From IMG/VR virus record IMGVR_UViG_3300034357_000123, positions 1 through 26,695 of that record: a DNA stretch of 26,695 nt; one strand, 5' to 3'. The translations under genes and the position numbers were made by a program. Of the stretch, positions 1 to 9,085 are shown one piece after another (positions within the stretch are counted from its first letter, which is position 1; each line of letters opens with the position of its first letter). The notes beneath the pieces are model-generated. The model made no database searches. It saw only the letters and a program-made list of their open reading frames with translations, and was not told where the DNA came from. This DNA is from a virus. Its lineage: Duplodnaviria; Caudoviricetes.

Positions 1-166
1 AGAATTCGATTTCTGGAACAACACCAACAGTTCTGATAGTTGCTCTTTGTTGATTATTTACCGAAACTCTATTTGGACCTACAGAATTTACGTTCACGTT
101 TACAGCAGTAGTTTTGCTTGAAACTCTGTTTGGACTTGTGGAATTGACTATTACTTTTGTAGCCAT
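1..166 (-). CDS. Partial CDS running off the window, probable virion structural protein (MATKVIVNSTSPNRVSSKTTAVNVNVNSVGPNRVS...)
   Basis: ATG at 166-164, 10 nt after the stop of the 112-aa gene. The frame is open to the window edge and contains a 19-codon internal duplication. Confidence 0.6.
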   Translation of the reverse strand, partial: MATKVIVNSTSPNRVSSKTTAVNVNVNSVGPNRVSVNNQQRATIRTVGVVPEIEF

Positions 167-176
167 AGTTTTATAC

Positions 177-515
177 CTATCTTGTTACTTGTGGTGTTAC
201 TGTTATGATACCTTCAATCACACGATTTACAATACCAGTACCGTCAACAGTTTCCAGATCAAATAGATATCTTCCAGCTTTTATGTTGGATGTATTTGCA
301 GATCCCAACGACATAGTGATTTCACCATTACTTGAATCTGTTATCGTACATACAATATCAGCACTTGCGTTTATCGAATAGTACGATCTACGCATTTGAC
401 TACGAACGTTATAATTCAAAAGGGAAATACTGGAATTTGTAACATCATCAGTTAGATTGATGACATTTTTAAAATTAGCCCCTTGATCCATATACAATTC
501 TACATAAGCTGCCAT
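177..515 (-). CDS. Small beta-sandwich virion structural/adaptor protein (BppU/LtfC-like), 112 aa
   Basis: The pattern DQGANF...VRSQMRRSY...GEITMSL...T..IKAGRYLFDLE...RVIEGIITVTPQVT is typical of small tail/baseplate-associated proteins in T4-like phages. It lies in the tail-fibre cluster. Confidence 0.65.
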   Translation of the reverse strand: MAAYVELYMDQGANFKNVINLTDDVTNSSISLLNYNVRSQMRRSYYSINASADIVCTITDSSNGEITMSLGSANTSNIKAGRYLFDLETVDGTGIVNRVIEGIITVTPQVTR

Positions 516-535
516 TAGTTTTTACCTTTTTCTTT

Positions 536-543
536 TATTTATT
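536..543 (-). promoter_or_regulatory. Putative T4-type late promoter (AATAAATA)
   Basis: 7/8 match to TATAAATA in the intergenic gap, 20 nt upstream of the ATG at 515. Confidence 0.5.
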
Positions 544-555
544 TGAATGACAACA

Positions 556-1659
556 TCAGTAGAATGCAATAGCCATCATTGCTTGGAATCCGTCACCGCC
601 TTGAACACCAGTAAGTGATGATCCGCTGCCGCCGTAGCCGTAAAGATAAGTATAAGCTGTGTCAGTATTGCTTGGAGGACTTACACTTCCGCCTCCGAAC
701 CCACCGTTATTCCCGGGTGTTTGAGTTAGTATAGTGACACCGCCTCCCACATAACTTGAACCGCCTCCACCACCACCACCTCCAACGCCATTAGTGCCAG
801 CATTATTTCTACCGCCGCCACCGCCGCCCAAATATCCAGCTCCACCACCACCGCCGCCGCCACTTTCGTTGCCGTTGTTGCCGCCGCGGCCGCCACCAGG
901 AGAACCTCCGGCGGATGCGGGCGTTGAATTACTTCCACCATCACCACCGTTTTGACCACTACCAGCAATGCCTGGATCTCCACCACTACCGCCAGCGCCA
1001 ACAGCACCTTGAGTTGCGCCACCGCCGCCTCCAGCATTTCCACTAGCAGCTCCGGCATTATATCCTGCGAATCCACTTGGAAAAGTAGATGTTGTACCGC
1101 CGCCAGCACCTGATCCGCCGTGATCGTTGCTAAGACTGCCACCGCCTCCACCGCCGCCGCCTGCGCCAACTATTAATAAAGCAGTACCACCTACATATAT
1201 TGAACTGTATCCACCGCCACCACCACCTTCCGCTGCATACGGAGAAATCGCTCCAGTAACAGGTTGACCTCCAATTCCACCTGTACCAATAGTCAAAGAG
1301 AGCGTCCAGCCCGGAGTTACGGGTATAGAAACATACATAAAAGGACCTGAACCGCCTGTTCCGCCTTTTCCGTTATTACCAGAGCCGCACCCACCGCCGC
1401 CTCCGCCAGCTCCCCAAGCTTTTACAAGCATAGTTGTCATTCCAGCAGGAACTGAAATAGAAGTGCTTGATGTATACCTAGTCATTGGCGGCGGCCATGA
1501 TCTACCACGACCAGAAGACATAGCAATCTCGCCTGAAAAGTCTTGAAATAAACCACGAAGTTTTGCATTGCCCATATTGAGTGTGGCACCTGAAGCATTT
1601 CCTACTTCAGTGTTTATCTGACTAAAACTTAGTGGATTTGGTGATGCTGGTGTAGCCAT
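556..1659 (-). CDS. Glycine-rich receptor-binding adhesin (gp38-like polyglycine-II protein), 367 aa
   Basis: Many GGGGG/GxGGxGG runs separated by short loops, a short N-terminal LSFSQINTEVG...LRGL attachment-type segment and an aromatic C-terminus. It lies 4 nt downstream of a chaperone-bearing tail fibre, as in the T2/S16 gp37-gp38 arrangement. Confidence 0.65.
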   Translation of the reverse strand: MATPASPNPLSFSQINTEVGNASGATLNMGNAKLRGLFQDFSGEIAMSSGRGRSWPPPMTRYTSSTSISVPAGMTTMLVKAWGAGGGGGGCGSGNNGKGGTGGSGPFMYVSIPVTPGWTLSLTIGTGGIGGQPVTGAISPYAAEGGGGGGYSSIYVGGTALLIVGAGGGGGGGGSLSNDHGGSGAGGGTTSTFPSGFAGYNAGAASGNAGGGGGATQGAVGAGGSGGDPGIAGSGQNGGDGGSNSTPASAGGSPGGGRGGNNGNESGGGGGGGAGYLGGGGGGRNNAGTNGVGGGGGGGGSSYVGGGVTILTQTPGNNGGFGGGSVSPPSNTDTAYTYLYGYGGSGSSLTGVQGGDGFQAMMAIAFY

Positions 1660-1663
1660 CTAT

Positions 1664-2857
1664 CTACTTTCCAACTTTTGATTCTAGCATTTCAACTTTT
1701 GCTGTTAGTTCTTTGATGGCTTCGATTAGTAGTGGAACAAGTTTTTCATATCTGACCGCTTTATAACCATCTTTTCTGGTAACTACCACTTCTGGTAATA
1801 CTTCTTCAATCTCTTGAGCTATTACACCAGCTTCGCGTCTATTACCAAAAACTTCTTCTTCCGACTGACGAGATTTTTGACCTTCTTCGTTCCAATCAAA
1901 TGTTATGCCATTAATGCTATTTACTTTGTGAAGAGAATCTTGTATCTGAGATATATTAGTCTTCAATCTCTTATCTGAAGCACTAAATGCTGTAATATCA
2001 CCGCCGGCGGTTATAGCGCCCGATACAGCAAGTGATGTTAATGTTCCAACTGAAGTGATGCTTGGCTGTGCTGCTGTTGTGACAGTGCCGGCAGTAGTAG
2101 CACTACCAGCCGTTGTTGCTGAACCTGCAGATCCTGCTACAGTAGCATAGCCAACCTGTAAAGATGATTGTACCGTCCAAGTAGGAGCAGAAGTTCCTGC
2201 TGAAGTTAATACTGAACCAGAAGCGCCTACGCCACTTAAAGCAAGAGCAGAAGCGGTAGAATAAGCTACCGCACCCGCACTTGCGGTCAGGGATGCGTTT
2301 GTGCCGCCTTTATTAAGAGCTATATTTGTGGCATTCCAAGTACCTGTATCAATTGTGCCTACGCCTGTGATTCCGGTATAAGATCCGCTTATACGAGCAG
2401 ATGGAACAGTGCCTGATGTTAGATTTGTTGCAATTCTTGCATCGGCGTTAGCACCATTCATTGTGGCCTTAAAGAAATTATTAGCTCCATTGCCAACTGC
2501 GGTATTAGCGCCTGTTATAACAGCCAGAAGAAAGTTATTAGCGCCTTGACCAACTGCTATGTTAGAACTAGCTATATAATTTTTAAGGAATGTATTGGCT
2601 GCTGTTATATTAGTATTAGCATAAGAATTAGCACCATTACCAACTGTTATATTATTACTCGCTATTGCAACAGAAGCGAAAGAATTGGCTTGTACACCAA
2701 TAATGTTAGCATAAGCATTAGCTTGAACACCAATGTTATTAGCATATGTATAATTTGGCAAATTAACTTCATAAAAATTACTTTGAACTACCAACTGATT
2801 CGTTCTAGTACGCCATTCATCAAATGTGTTTGTTAGTGCTACGTTTGCTAATGCCAT
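1664..2857 (-). CDS. Tail fibre protein with C-terminal intramolecular chaperone (Peptidase_S74), 397 aa
   Basis: C-terminal GDITAF-SASDKRLKTNI...GVIAQEIEEVLPEVV...VRYEKLVPLLIEAIKEL. N-terminal TNTFDEWRTRTN anchor motif, with an Ala/Asn-rich repeat stalk. Confidence 0.85.
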   Translation of the reverse strand: MALANVALTNTFDEWRTRTNQLVVQSNFYEVNLPNYTYANNIGVQANAYANIIGVQANSFASVAIASNNITVGNGANSYANTNITAANTFLKNYIASSNIAVGQGANNFLLAVITGANTAVGNGANNFFKATMNGANADARIATNLTSGTVPSARISGSYTGITGVGTIDTGTWNATNIALNKGGTNASLTASAGAVAYSTASALALSGVGASGSVLTSAGTSAPTWTVQSSLQVGYATVAGSAGSATTAGSATTAGTVTTAAQPSITSVGTLTSLAVSGAITAGGDITAFSASDKRLKTNISQIQDSLHKVNSINGITFDWNEEGQKSRQSEEEVFGNRREAGVIAQEIEEVLPEVVVTRKDGYKAVRYEKLVPLLIEAIKELTAKVEMLESKVGK

Positions 2858-2861
2858 TTGT

Positions 2862-3077
2862 CTATTCTACCAACTTTTTTAATAGTGATTTGATTTCTTC
2901 CAGATCGCTTTCCAACTTATCAATCTTGGACATTTTTTGCTCTAAAGTATTTATCTGTTGCTCGGTTCTTCTCTTAATTTCGCGCTTCTTCTTATATTTT
3001 TGAAGAGCTTCGGTATCCCTGTTTACAAGGATACCTTCTGCTACTTTATATACACCAGGAATCTCAGTTTTCTTCAT
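2862..3077 (-). CDS. Small coiled-coil hypothetical protein, 71 aa
   Basis: Fills the gap between flanking genes with 4-nt spacers. GILVNRD...Y motif followed by heptads (INTLEQKMSKIDKLESDLEEIKSLLKKL). Confidence 0.75.
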   Translation of the reverse strand: MKKTEIPGVYKVAEGILVNRDTEALQKYKKKREIKRRTEQQINTLEQKMSKIDKLESDLEEIKSLLKKLVE

Positions 3078-3081
3078 AGTT

Positions 3082-6000
3082 TTAAATCTGCAATGCTATT
3101 GTTCTTAGATCGGCAACTCTTGGTACAACTGCGCTATTATCGGCAAGAAGACCAATTTTGATCTGGAACGACTTAAAGGTACTGAATGTTGCATCACCAA
3201 CTTTATATGTGAATATACCGTTAGCATCAAGTCCACCAGTGCTTACAGTTTGTGCTGGCAAGAGATACTTATACTCTTTGAAATCGTTCTTGTTAGCGAT
3301 TGAAGAATACGTCACATCACCACCATAACTCTTTTCCATTTCAATCCAAACTTTCTGAGACATAGGATCAGAATCTTCACCATTTAACAGTTTCATCCAG
3401 ACTTTCACATCCGTATCTGGTGGACGATATGCTGTTAAGAACACATTCATATCTTCTGCATCTTGATAGTCGGCCAATGTCACAATCTTCGAAATGTACT
3501 TATTAAATAGCTGCCCACCCTGTGTGGCTGCTTCGCCAACAGTATTCGAGTTTACTAGATTATCAACAATGATTGAATGTGATTTTCTAAGATCAAATAC
3601 TGGAGATAGATAATCTGTAGCTGTTGTCATTGTTGATCTAATTTTATTGGAATAATTTATTGACGCTGCAATTTCGTTAGAGCGAGAGAATACAGCTTTT
3701 TCTTCATCAAATATATAGTTTTCACTAGCATCAAAAGTAAAGTATGCGTCTGCTGTTCCAGTATTTGAATATGTTGCCATTTCATACGAAACGCCAGTTC
3801 GAACAAAGTTAATAACTGCCGGTTCAAAATCTATAACAGAATATCTTAAGTTATTGATAGAAGCAATATTTGCTGAACCTTCATCTGAGATATCAAATAT
3901 TGTTTCGCCTACAGAGAACTTGCCATTTGAACTTGATAGGATCATTTGGGTTGATGTTGGAGATTCCTTATAGTATTCAAGGAATCCAACACCTCTAGTG
4001 ATACTTGAAACGGTACTTACAGTTGAAGCTTCCGAATCTGCCTTGACTACACCATTTGCACCATACTTAATCGTTACACCTTCACTAGATGTAAATCTAA
4101 TATTTGATGTTTTATAAGTTCCACTAGAAATGCTTATGACTTTAGCATTGATTCCAGACGATTTGCCAATAATGAAGTCCCCAGTATTGGCCTGAATTCC
4201 AGATAGAGTGATTCTATCACCTGTGACGAATGGTTCACCGAATCCTTCAAGACTACCTACAATGCTATTCAAATACAACTTTTCTTTTGGTTGATTTCCA
4301 ATTTCAAAATATCCTGATCCTACATTGAATGATGCACGATACCACTTGCATGTTAGATCGGTCTTTTCTTCTAATACCCAAATTGTATCATTGTTTGTTG
4401 TGAATGTTGCACCATTATAAGCACGACCTGTTACTTGCAAATTTGTATTTCTATCTGTCTGACCAATTCTTGAGATCCAAAAATAATAGTTTGGATTTGT
4501 CGCTTCTGGATGGATAATGAAAGCATAAGACTTATTAGCATACAAGAAGATTGGAGCTTCAAATGCAACATTTAATGGGTTATCTCTACCATTAGTAGAA
4601 ATAGGAACTTCAGCATTTGTAAACCATACAGCAGAGAATGGAACAGCATTACCTGTGATTCCACCACCACTGTCAAGTTCTCTTACTTCACACCACATAC
4701 CAAGAGTAGGATGTTTTTCAGCACAGAATATATCAACAGAAGTTAAGAAAATGCCTTCTTCGCCGTTAGGAACTTTAATTGGCAATACATATGCAAGACA
4801 GCATTTGTTGTTTCTTGGCACAATATTGTCAGGTAAATCACGATTAAAATTTCTTTTTTTCTTAGGTGGAGTTAAAGGAGGTAAAGTTTGGAATGTTGCA
4901 CTATTGTTTGTTTCGAATAGCGGAACATTTCTTATATCAACCTGTCTCGTCGAAAGAATAGTATCTTGCTTTGTTTGAATCGTACCTTGTGCAAAGAAAG
5001 CTTTTTCAGCAAAAGATGTTTCTTCTCCAGAGTTTGTCAAACTGTCTGTAATTCTTACAAGTTTTGAACCTACAGTAAATCTTAAATTATCTGTATTTGG
5101 TAAACTCAATCTAAACCACAACTCACCATTAGCATCAGCTAAAATATCACTGCCCACATTATATGTCCAACTTGTGATATTTCCAGCATTTAGATATTCA
5201 GCATATGTAACCGGTCTTACATAAGAGGTCATATCAATATTATCAAAGAATAACTTATATTTTGCGTAAGGTTTAATACCAGTAACAGATCCGACAATAA
5301 CTTGTGGTCTAATATACGGCACAATATCGGTATTTACAACTTTACTACCTGTTGAAACGCTGTCAGCATCAGAAAAAGTATATGCTTCCGAACCTGTTCT
5401 TTCATTTATAGATGTTGTTTCAATAGTAGCTCCAAAGCTTGTCGTTCTAATATTTTCAGCGGCTGCCTGAGCGGCAGTAAGATTTGTATATGTTCCAACT
5501 AAAGTCTTTGTGGCACCTTCTCCTTTGTAAACTGTATATCCACTAACATAAGTTTTCCAAGCATTCCATGTGGTTGTTACGCCACCTACTTGTTGAGCAT
5601 CACCTAGGCCATCCAAACTAGCATCTTGTATGTCAATAACATTTGGTGGTAGAGTGATAGTGTCGATCCAAATATCACTTTCTGGAACAAGTGTCATATT
5701 ACCAACAAAGCTATATGTTGATCTTTCAGTGTTCAATGTTGCGGTAACAGAAGATATGTTTGCATACTCGACTTCACTATAGTCAAGAGTGATCAGATCA
5801 CCGGTCTTTCTTACGTTCGAACCAGAAAGATAATCATAGTTGATAGATTGCATAGAATATAGAGGACGGATGCTATTTTCAACAGGATCAACAACAATAC
5901 GATAATCTGGATTTGATGAGTCTCCTAATGAGTGATTACGGAAAGTATCAACGAAGATACCATTTTTAAACCTATCAAGACCGGCTTCATCTTGAATTAA

Positions 6001-9000
6001 CATATCAGCAGCACTCTTTTCTAACAAGCTGAGTGACGCATAATATTCAAGATTTGCAATTCTACTCTTCATAACACCAAGATCACGCATTGTTTGGCGG
6101 ACAGAAGCAAGTCTTCTGCTTGAAGATGCGATATCTTGTCTACCAATAATCTTACCATAATAAGATGAGATAGATGGATATGGAGCAATGGTCAATTCAG
6201 CTATGGCCAATTCATCTTCTGGTATTTGAGGAGTAATAGGAAGAGCGGCCGGTTGTCCCTGTGTGATAGAGAATAGTTTATTCTTGCTCACATGAACAAT
6301 ATCTTTTCTCGCAACATAATATGAGTAATCGAAATTAATTTCGGAAGATGGTGAAGCCAAAGCAAGTGTGCTAGATGTAAAATTAAACGAATTTGATTTT
6401 CCTGGATCTTCTGTAGCACTGCCTGGAGATGTTGCGTCTGTTGCTGTAATTGTCTTTACAGGTCTAAAGTCAATATGATTTCTCAAGTCATATTTTTTAC
6501 CTGATGATGGTGATGTGTAGATAGGAATTTCGGCTGTGCCTATTGTTGTGCTTGAAGATGCGATATCGTTAACTGGATAAGAATCGACAGTAAAGAATCC
6601 TTTACCTTGTGAGAAATCTGGTATAAAATAATCCAATTCAACAAGAAGTCTGTCTGTTGTAGCAAGACTTGTTGTTGGTTTAATAGTAGCTATATCGTAT
6701 AGAGTATCTTTTTGTCCATTATTGAAAATGAACTGGGATGTAACTACTGTTCCATCAGTATTTGATGTTGGGAAACTTGAAGATTTCTTTACAATGCTCT
6801 TTATTCTATAAACATCAGAGAATCCAAGATTAAATGGTCCAGCAGTAGTGACAGCATTTGCACAATTAATTTTAACATATCTGCTTGGTCTTAATGTTTT
6901 ACCTGTTTGTATAGCAGATGTTCTGGCTGATCTAAATGATAATGCTGCTGTTGTGCCTCCCGCAGGGAAAGTTTCATTTAGATTCAATGTTAATGTTGGA
7001 GTAGCAGCGGTTACAGAACGTACTGTGCCACTTGTTACACCTTTCGTTGTTAAGTCAATAAAGCTACCTGCACCGTAGTGTCTGAAAAGTGTATTGCCGT
7101 TAAGCGATGGTACATTAAGTTCTGCTAATTGTAATATACCAGTGCCAGAGTCACTTGTAGGTGTACTCAAAACTGTAAATGTGAGAGAATTTCCTGAGAA
7201 CTGAACTTTTTCTCCGGCATTTAAACGAGTGCAAGTGGTTGAAAAACCATTAACAAGGTTACTACCAATAGTAGCATCAACAGTTCCTGACATAGCAACG
7301 TTTACGGATGTTTCAAGATTTAAGAAAAGTTCTCTCTTGTCTGTTGTAGAAAGTGTTCCTGTATAAGGAAGAGAGTCCGAACCTGGCGCAGACGCAGTGA
7401 ATGAACCATCCGATGCAATTGTTACGGGTATTGTCGTAGTATAGTAATATGTTGTGTCTGGTAGATCACTATAATCTTTTACTTTTCTGGTAAAATTAGA
7501 ACCAGTGTAATACAATAGAGGCGCGTTAAACGGTTCTCTTAGAACTGTAGTATTTGTTGTGCTATCTGGAACAATATCGGCGCCAAAATCAGCAGTTGTT
7601 GCATTGTTACTATACAAGCTCTTCACAGATGAGAAGCTGTTGCTTCCTAGCATACGGATATCAGTGATATAGATATCTACTCTACCATCAGATGTTCCTA
7701 ATACACCGCTGTTATATTCAACGCTCATAACGGTAGCTGTACCGATAGTATTACCTACAGCCGCTGCTGTAAATATGCCATTTGAAACTCTTCTATTATA
7801 TCTGTCAAGAAGATCGATAGTAATACCTTCATCAAGTTCAAGATGGCCCGACATGTTATTGGCAGTAACATAAGATCCCATGAAAGCAGATACAATTTGA
7901 GAATTTACATTAATATATTGTGTAGATTTAGGAGTAATCAAATATTCTGGACGAATTATTTCAACTTCGTATCCCTTAACATAAGCTGTACCAGGATTAA
8001 CGCGAACGGAAATTAAGTTTGCATCTGGATTAAGTGCTGCTAAAATTAAACCTCCATTTGTGCCTGAATCTGCGTTTTCTCTTAATTCAACATCGAGACC
8101 AGAAACATAGTAATCTCCGGACTCATCAAATGTTCTCTTTGCCAATTCATCTTTAAGAATACTGTATTGAGTTCTTTGATTGTATGTTTGAATAACACCA
8201 TCTTTGATAGTGAAAAGAGTGGTAAAGTTTGGAACACCTTCAGTGTCATCAAATGCGCGAGATTCCAAAACTGCTGTTAGTTTTAAACGATCAGCACCTG
8301 GTGCAGAATAGTTTGAAGATTCAAGAGCTGGATCAAGTAGAGTGCTATCAACAGTATAATCAACAATATTTTCAATAATATTAAATCCAACTTTAGCTGT
8401 TGGATTATCATTATATCGATCTAAAATAACTTCCTGCTCTGGGAAGTATACAAAATGTTCTTTTGAGAATATAACACCTTCTGTAATACGAAAAACTGAT
8501 CCTTTTCCTGTAGCATTTGATGATACAGTAACAACATTACCTACATTTGATACGAGAGTTTCATTGTTAAGAAATGTTTTTTGTGCTGTATTTGAAGAAC
8601 TGACTGAAAGATAATCAACATAAAGTGTTTTGGTATTAGAGCTAATTTCAGAACCATCAGCAATAATATTAACATATGCGGTAATATTAGATGTTGCGCC
8701 ACGAAGTACAACACCATCAAAGTTTGATAGTGTTATGTTATTATTTGAGTTATCAACATCTCTAATCTTTACATAGTCTAAAGCTCCAGAAGCCGAAGAA
8801 TCATTATTTGCAAATAATTGAAAATTACCAGGAAGAACAATTGTACCTTCTTCAAAAATATGTCTACCAAATCGTGTGATCTGCTTTTGCAGAATTGTCT
8901 GCATTTGAGTAAGTTCGCGCCCCTGAACGGCAAAACCAGGCTTATAGAGGATTCTGTAATACTCTTTCTTATCTACATAATCGTCATAATATGGAGTTAC

Positions 9001-9060
9001 ATTCAAATCTGTTGATAAGTTGTAAGCCTCTGTATTTGCGTAATCTGAACCTACAGTCAT
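3082..9060 (-). CDS. Large baseplate/virion structural protein, VrlC-like (DUF4815 type), 1992 aa
   Basis: N-terminal TDLNVTPYYDDY...YRILYKPGFAVQGRELTQMQTILQKQI, plus NYSAPGADRLK, LAKRTFDESGDY, DRFKNGIFVDTF and C-terminal VPRVADLRTIAL. GAGG SD upstream; follows gp8. Confidence 0.8.
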   Translation of the reverse strand: MTVGSDYANTEAYNLSTDLNVTPYYDDYVDKKEYYRILYKPGFAVQGRELTQMQTILQKQITRFGRHIFEEGTIVLPGNFQLFANNDSSASGALDYVKIRDVDNSNNNITLSNFDGVVLRGATSNITAYVNIIADGSEISSNTKTLYVDYLSVSSSNTAQKTFLNNETLVSNVGNVVTVSSNATGKGSVFRITEGVIFSKEHFVYFPEQEVILDRYNDNPTAKVGFNIIENIVDYTVDSTLLDPALESSNYSAPGADRLKLTAVLESRAFDDTEGVPNFTTLFTIKDGVIQTYNQRTQYSILKDELAKRTFDESGDYYVSGLDVELRENADSGTNGGLILAALNPDANLISVRVNPGTAYVKGYEVEIIRPEYLITPKSTQYINVNSQIVSAFMGSYVTANNMSGHLELDEGITIDLLDRYNRRVSNGIFTAAAVGNTIGTATVMSVEYNSGVLGTSDGRVDIYITDIRMLGSNSFSSVKSLYSNNATTADFGADIVPDSTTNTTVLREPFNAPLLYYTGSNFTRKVKDYSDLPDTTYYYTTTIPVTIASDGSFTASAPGSDSLPYTGTLSTTDKRELFLNLETSVNVAMSGTVDATIGSNLVNGFSTTCTRLNAGEKVQFSGNSLTFTVLSTPTSDSGTGILQLAELNVPSLNGNTLFRHYGAGSFIDLTTKGVTSGTVRSVTAATPTLTLNLNETFPAGGTTAALSFRSARTSAIQTGKTLRPSRYVKINCANAVTTAGPFNLGFSDVYRIKSIVKKSSSFPTSNTDGTVVTSQFIFNNGQKDTLYDIATIKPTTSLATTDRLLVELDYFIPDFSQGKGFFTVDSYPVNDIASSSTTIGTAEIPIYTSPSSGKKYDLRNHIDFRPVKTITATDATSPGSATEDPGKSNSFNFTSSTLALASPSSEINFDYSYYVARKDIVHVSKNKLFSITQGQPAALPITPQIPEDELAIAELTIAPYPSISSYYGKIIGRQDIASSSRRLASVRQTMRDLGVMKSRIANLEYYASLSLLEKSAADMLIQDEAGLDRFKNGIFVDTFRNHSLGDSSNPDYRIVVDPVENSIRPLYSMQSINYDYLSGSNVRKTGDLITLDYSEVEYANISSVTATLNTERSTYSFVGNMTLVPESDIWIDTITLPPNVIDIQDASLDGLGDAQQVGGVTTTWNAWKTYVSGYTVYKGEGATKTLVGTYTNLTAAQAAAENIRTTSFGATIETTSINERTGSEAYTFSDADSVSTGSKVVNTDIVPYIRPQVIVGSVTGIKPYAKYKLFFDNIDMTSYVRPVTYAEYLNAGNITSWTYNVGSDILADANGELWFRLSLPNTDNLRFTVGSKLVRITDSLTNSGEETSFAEKAFFAQGTIQTKQDTILSTRQVDIRNVPLFETNNSATFQTLPPLTPPKKKRNFNRDLPDNIVPRNNKCCLAYVLPIKVPNGEEGIFLTSVDIFCAEKHPTLGMWCEVRELDSGGGITGNAVPFSAVWFTNAEVPISTNGRDNPLNVAFEAPIFLYANKSYAFIIHPEATNPNYYFWISRIGQTDRNTNLQVTGRAYNGATFTTNNDTIWVLEEKTDLTCKWYRASFNVGSGYFEIGNQPKEKLYLNSIVGSLEGFGEPFVTGDRITLSGIQANTGDFIIGKSSGINAKVISISSGTYKTSNIRFTSSEGVTIKYGANGVVKADSEASTVSTVSSITRGVGFLEYYKESPTSTQMILSSSNGKFSVGETIFDISDEGSANIASINNLRYSVIDFEPAVINFVRTGVSYEMATYSNTGTADAYFTFDASENYIFDEEKAVFSRSNEIAASINYSNKIRSTMTTATDYLSPVFDLRKSHSIIVDNLVNSNTVGEAATQGGQLFNKYISKIVTLADYQDAEDMNVFLTAYRPPDTDVKVWMKLLNGEDSDPMSQKVWIEMEKSYGGDVTYSSIANKNDFKEYKYLLPAQTVSTGGLDANGIFTYKVGDATFSTFKSFQIKIGLLADNSAVVPRVADLRTIALQI

Positions 9061-9085
9061 TTAGTCTTTTTCCTCTTCACTGGGA

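Noticed and set aside
726-1169. 147-aa Ala/Val-rich ORF inside the glycine-rich gene
   Set aside because: It is a shifted-frame shadow of GGC/GGT codon runs, with no independent start signals.
780-1410. (CCG/CCA)n tracts and raised GC, suggesting a microsatellite or foreign DNA
   Set aside because: These are explained by polyglycine coding with mixed synonymous codons.
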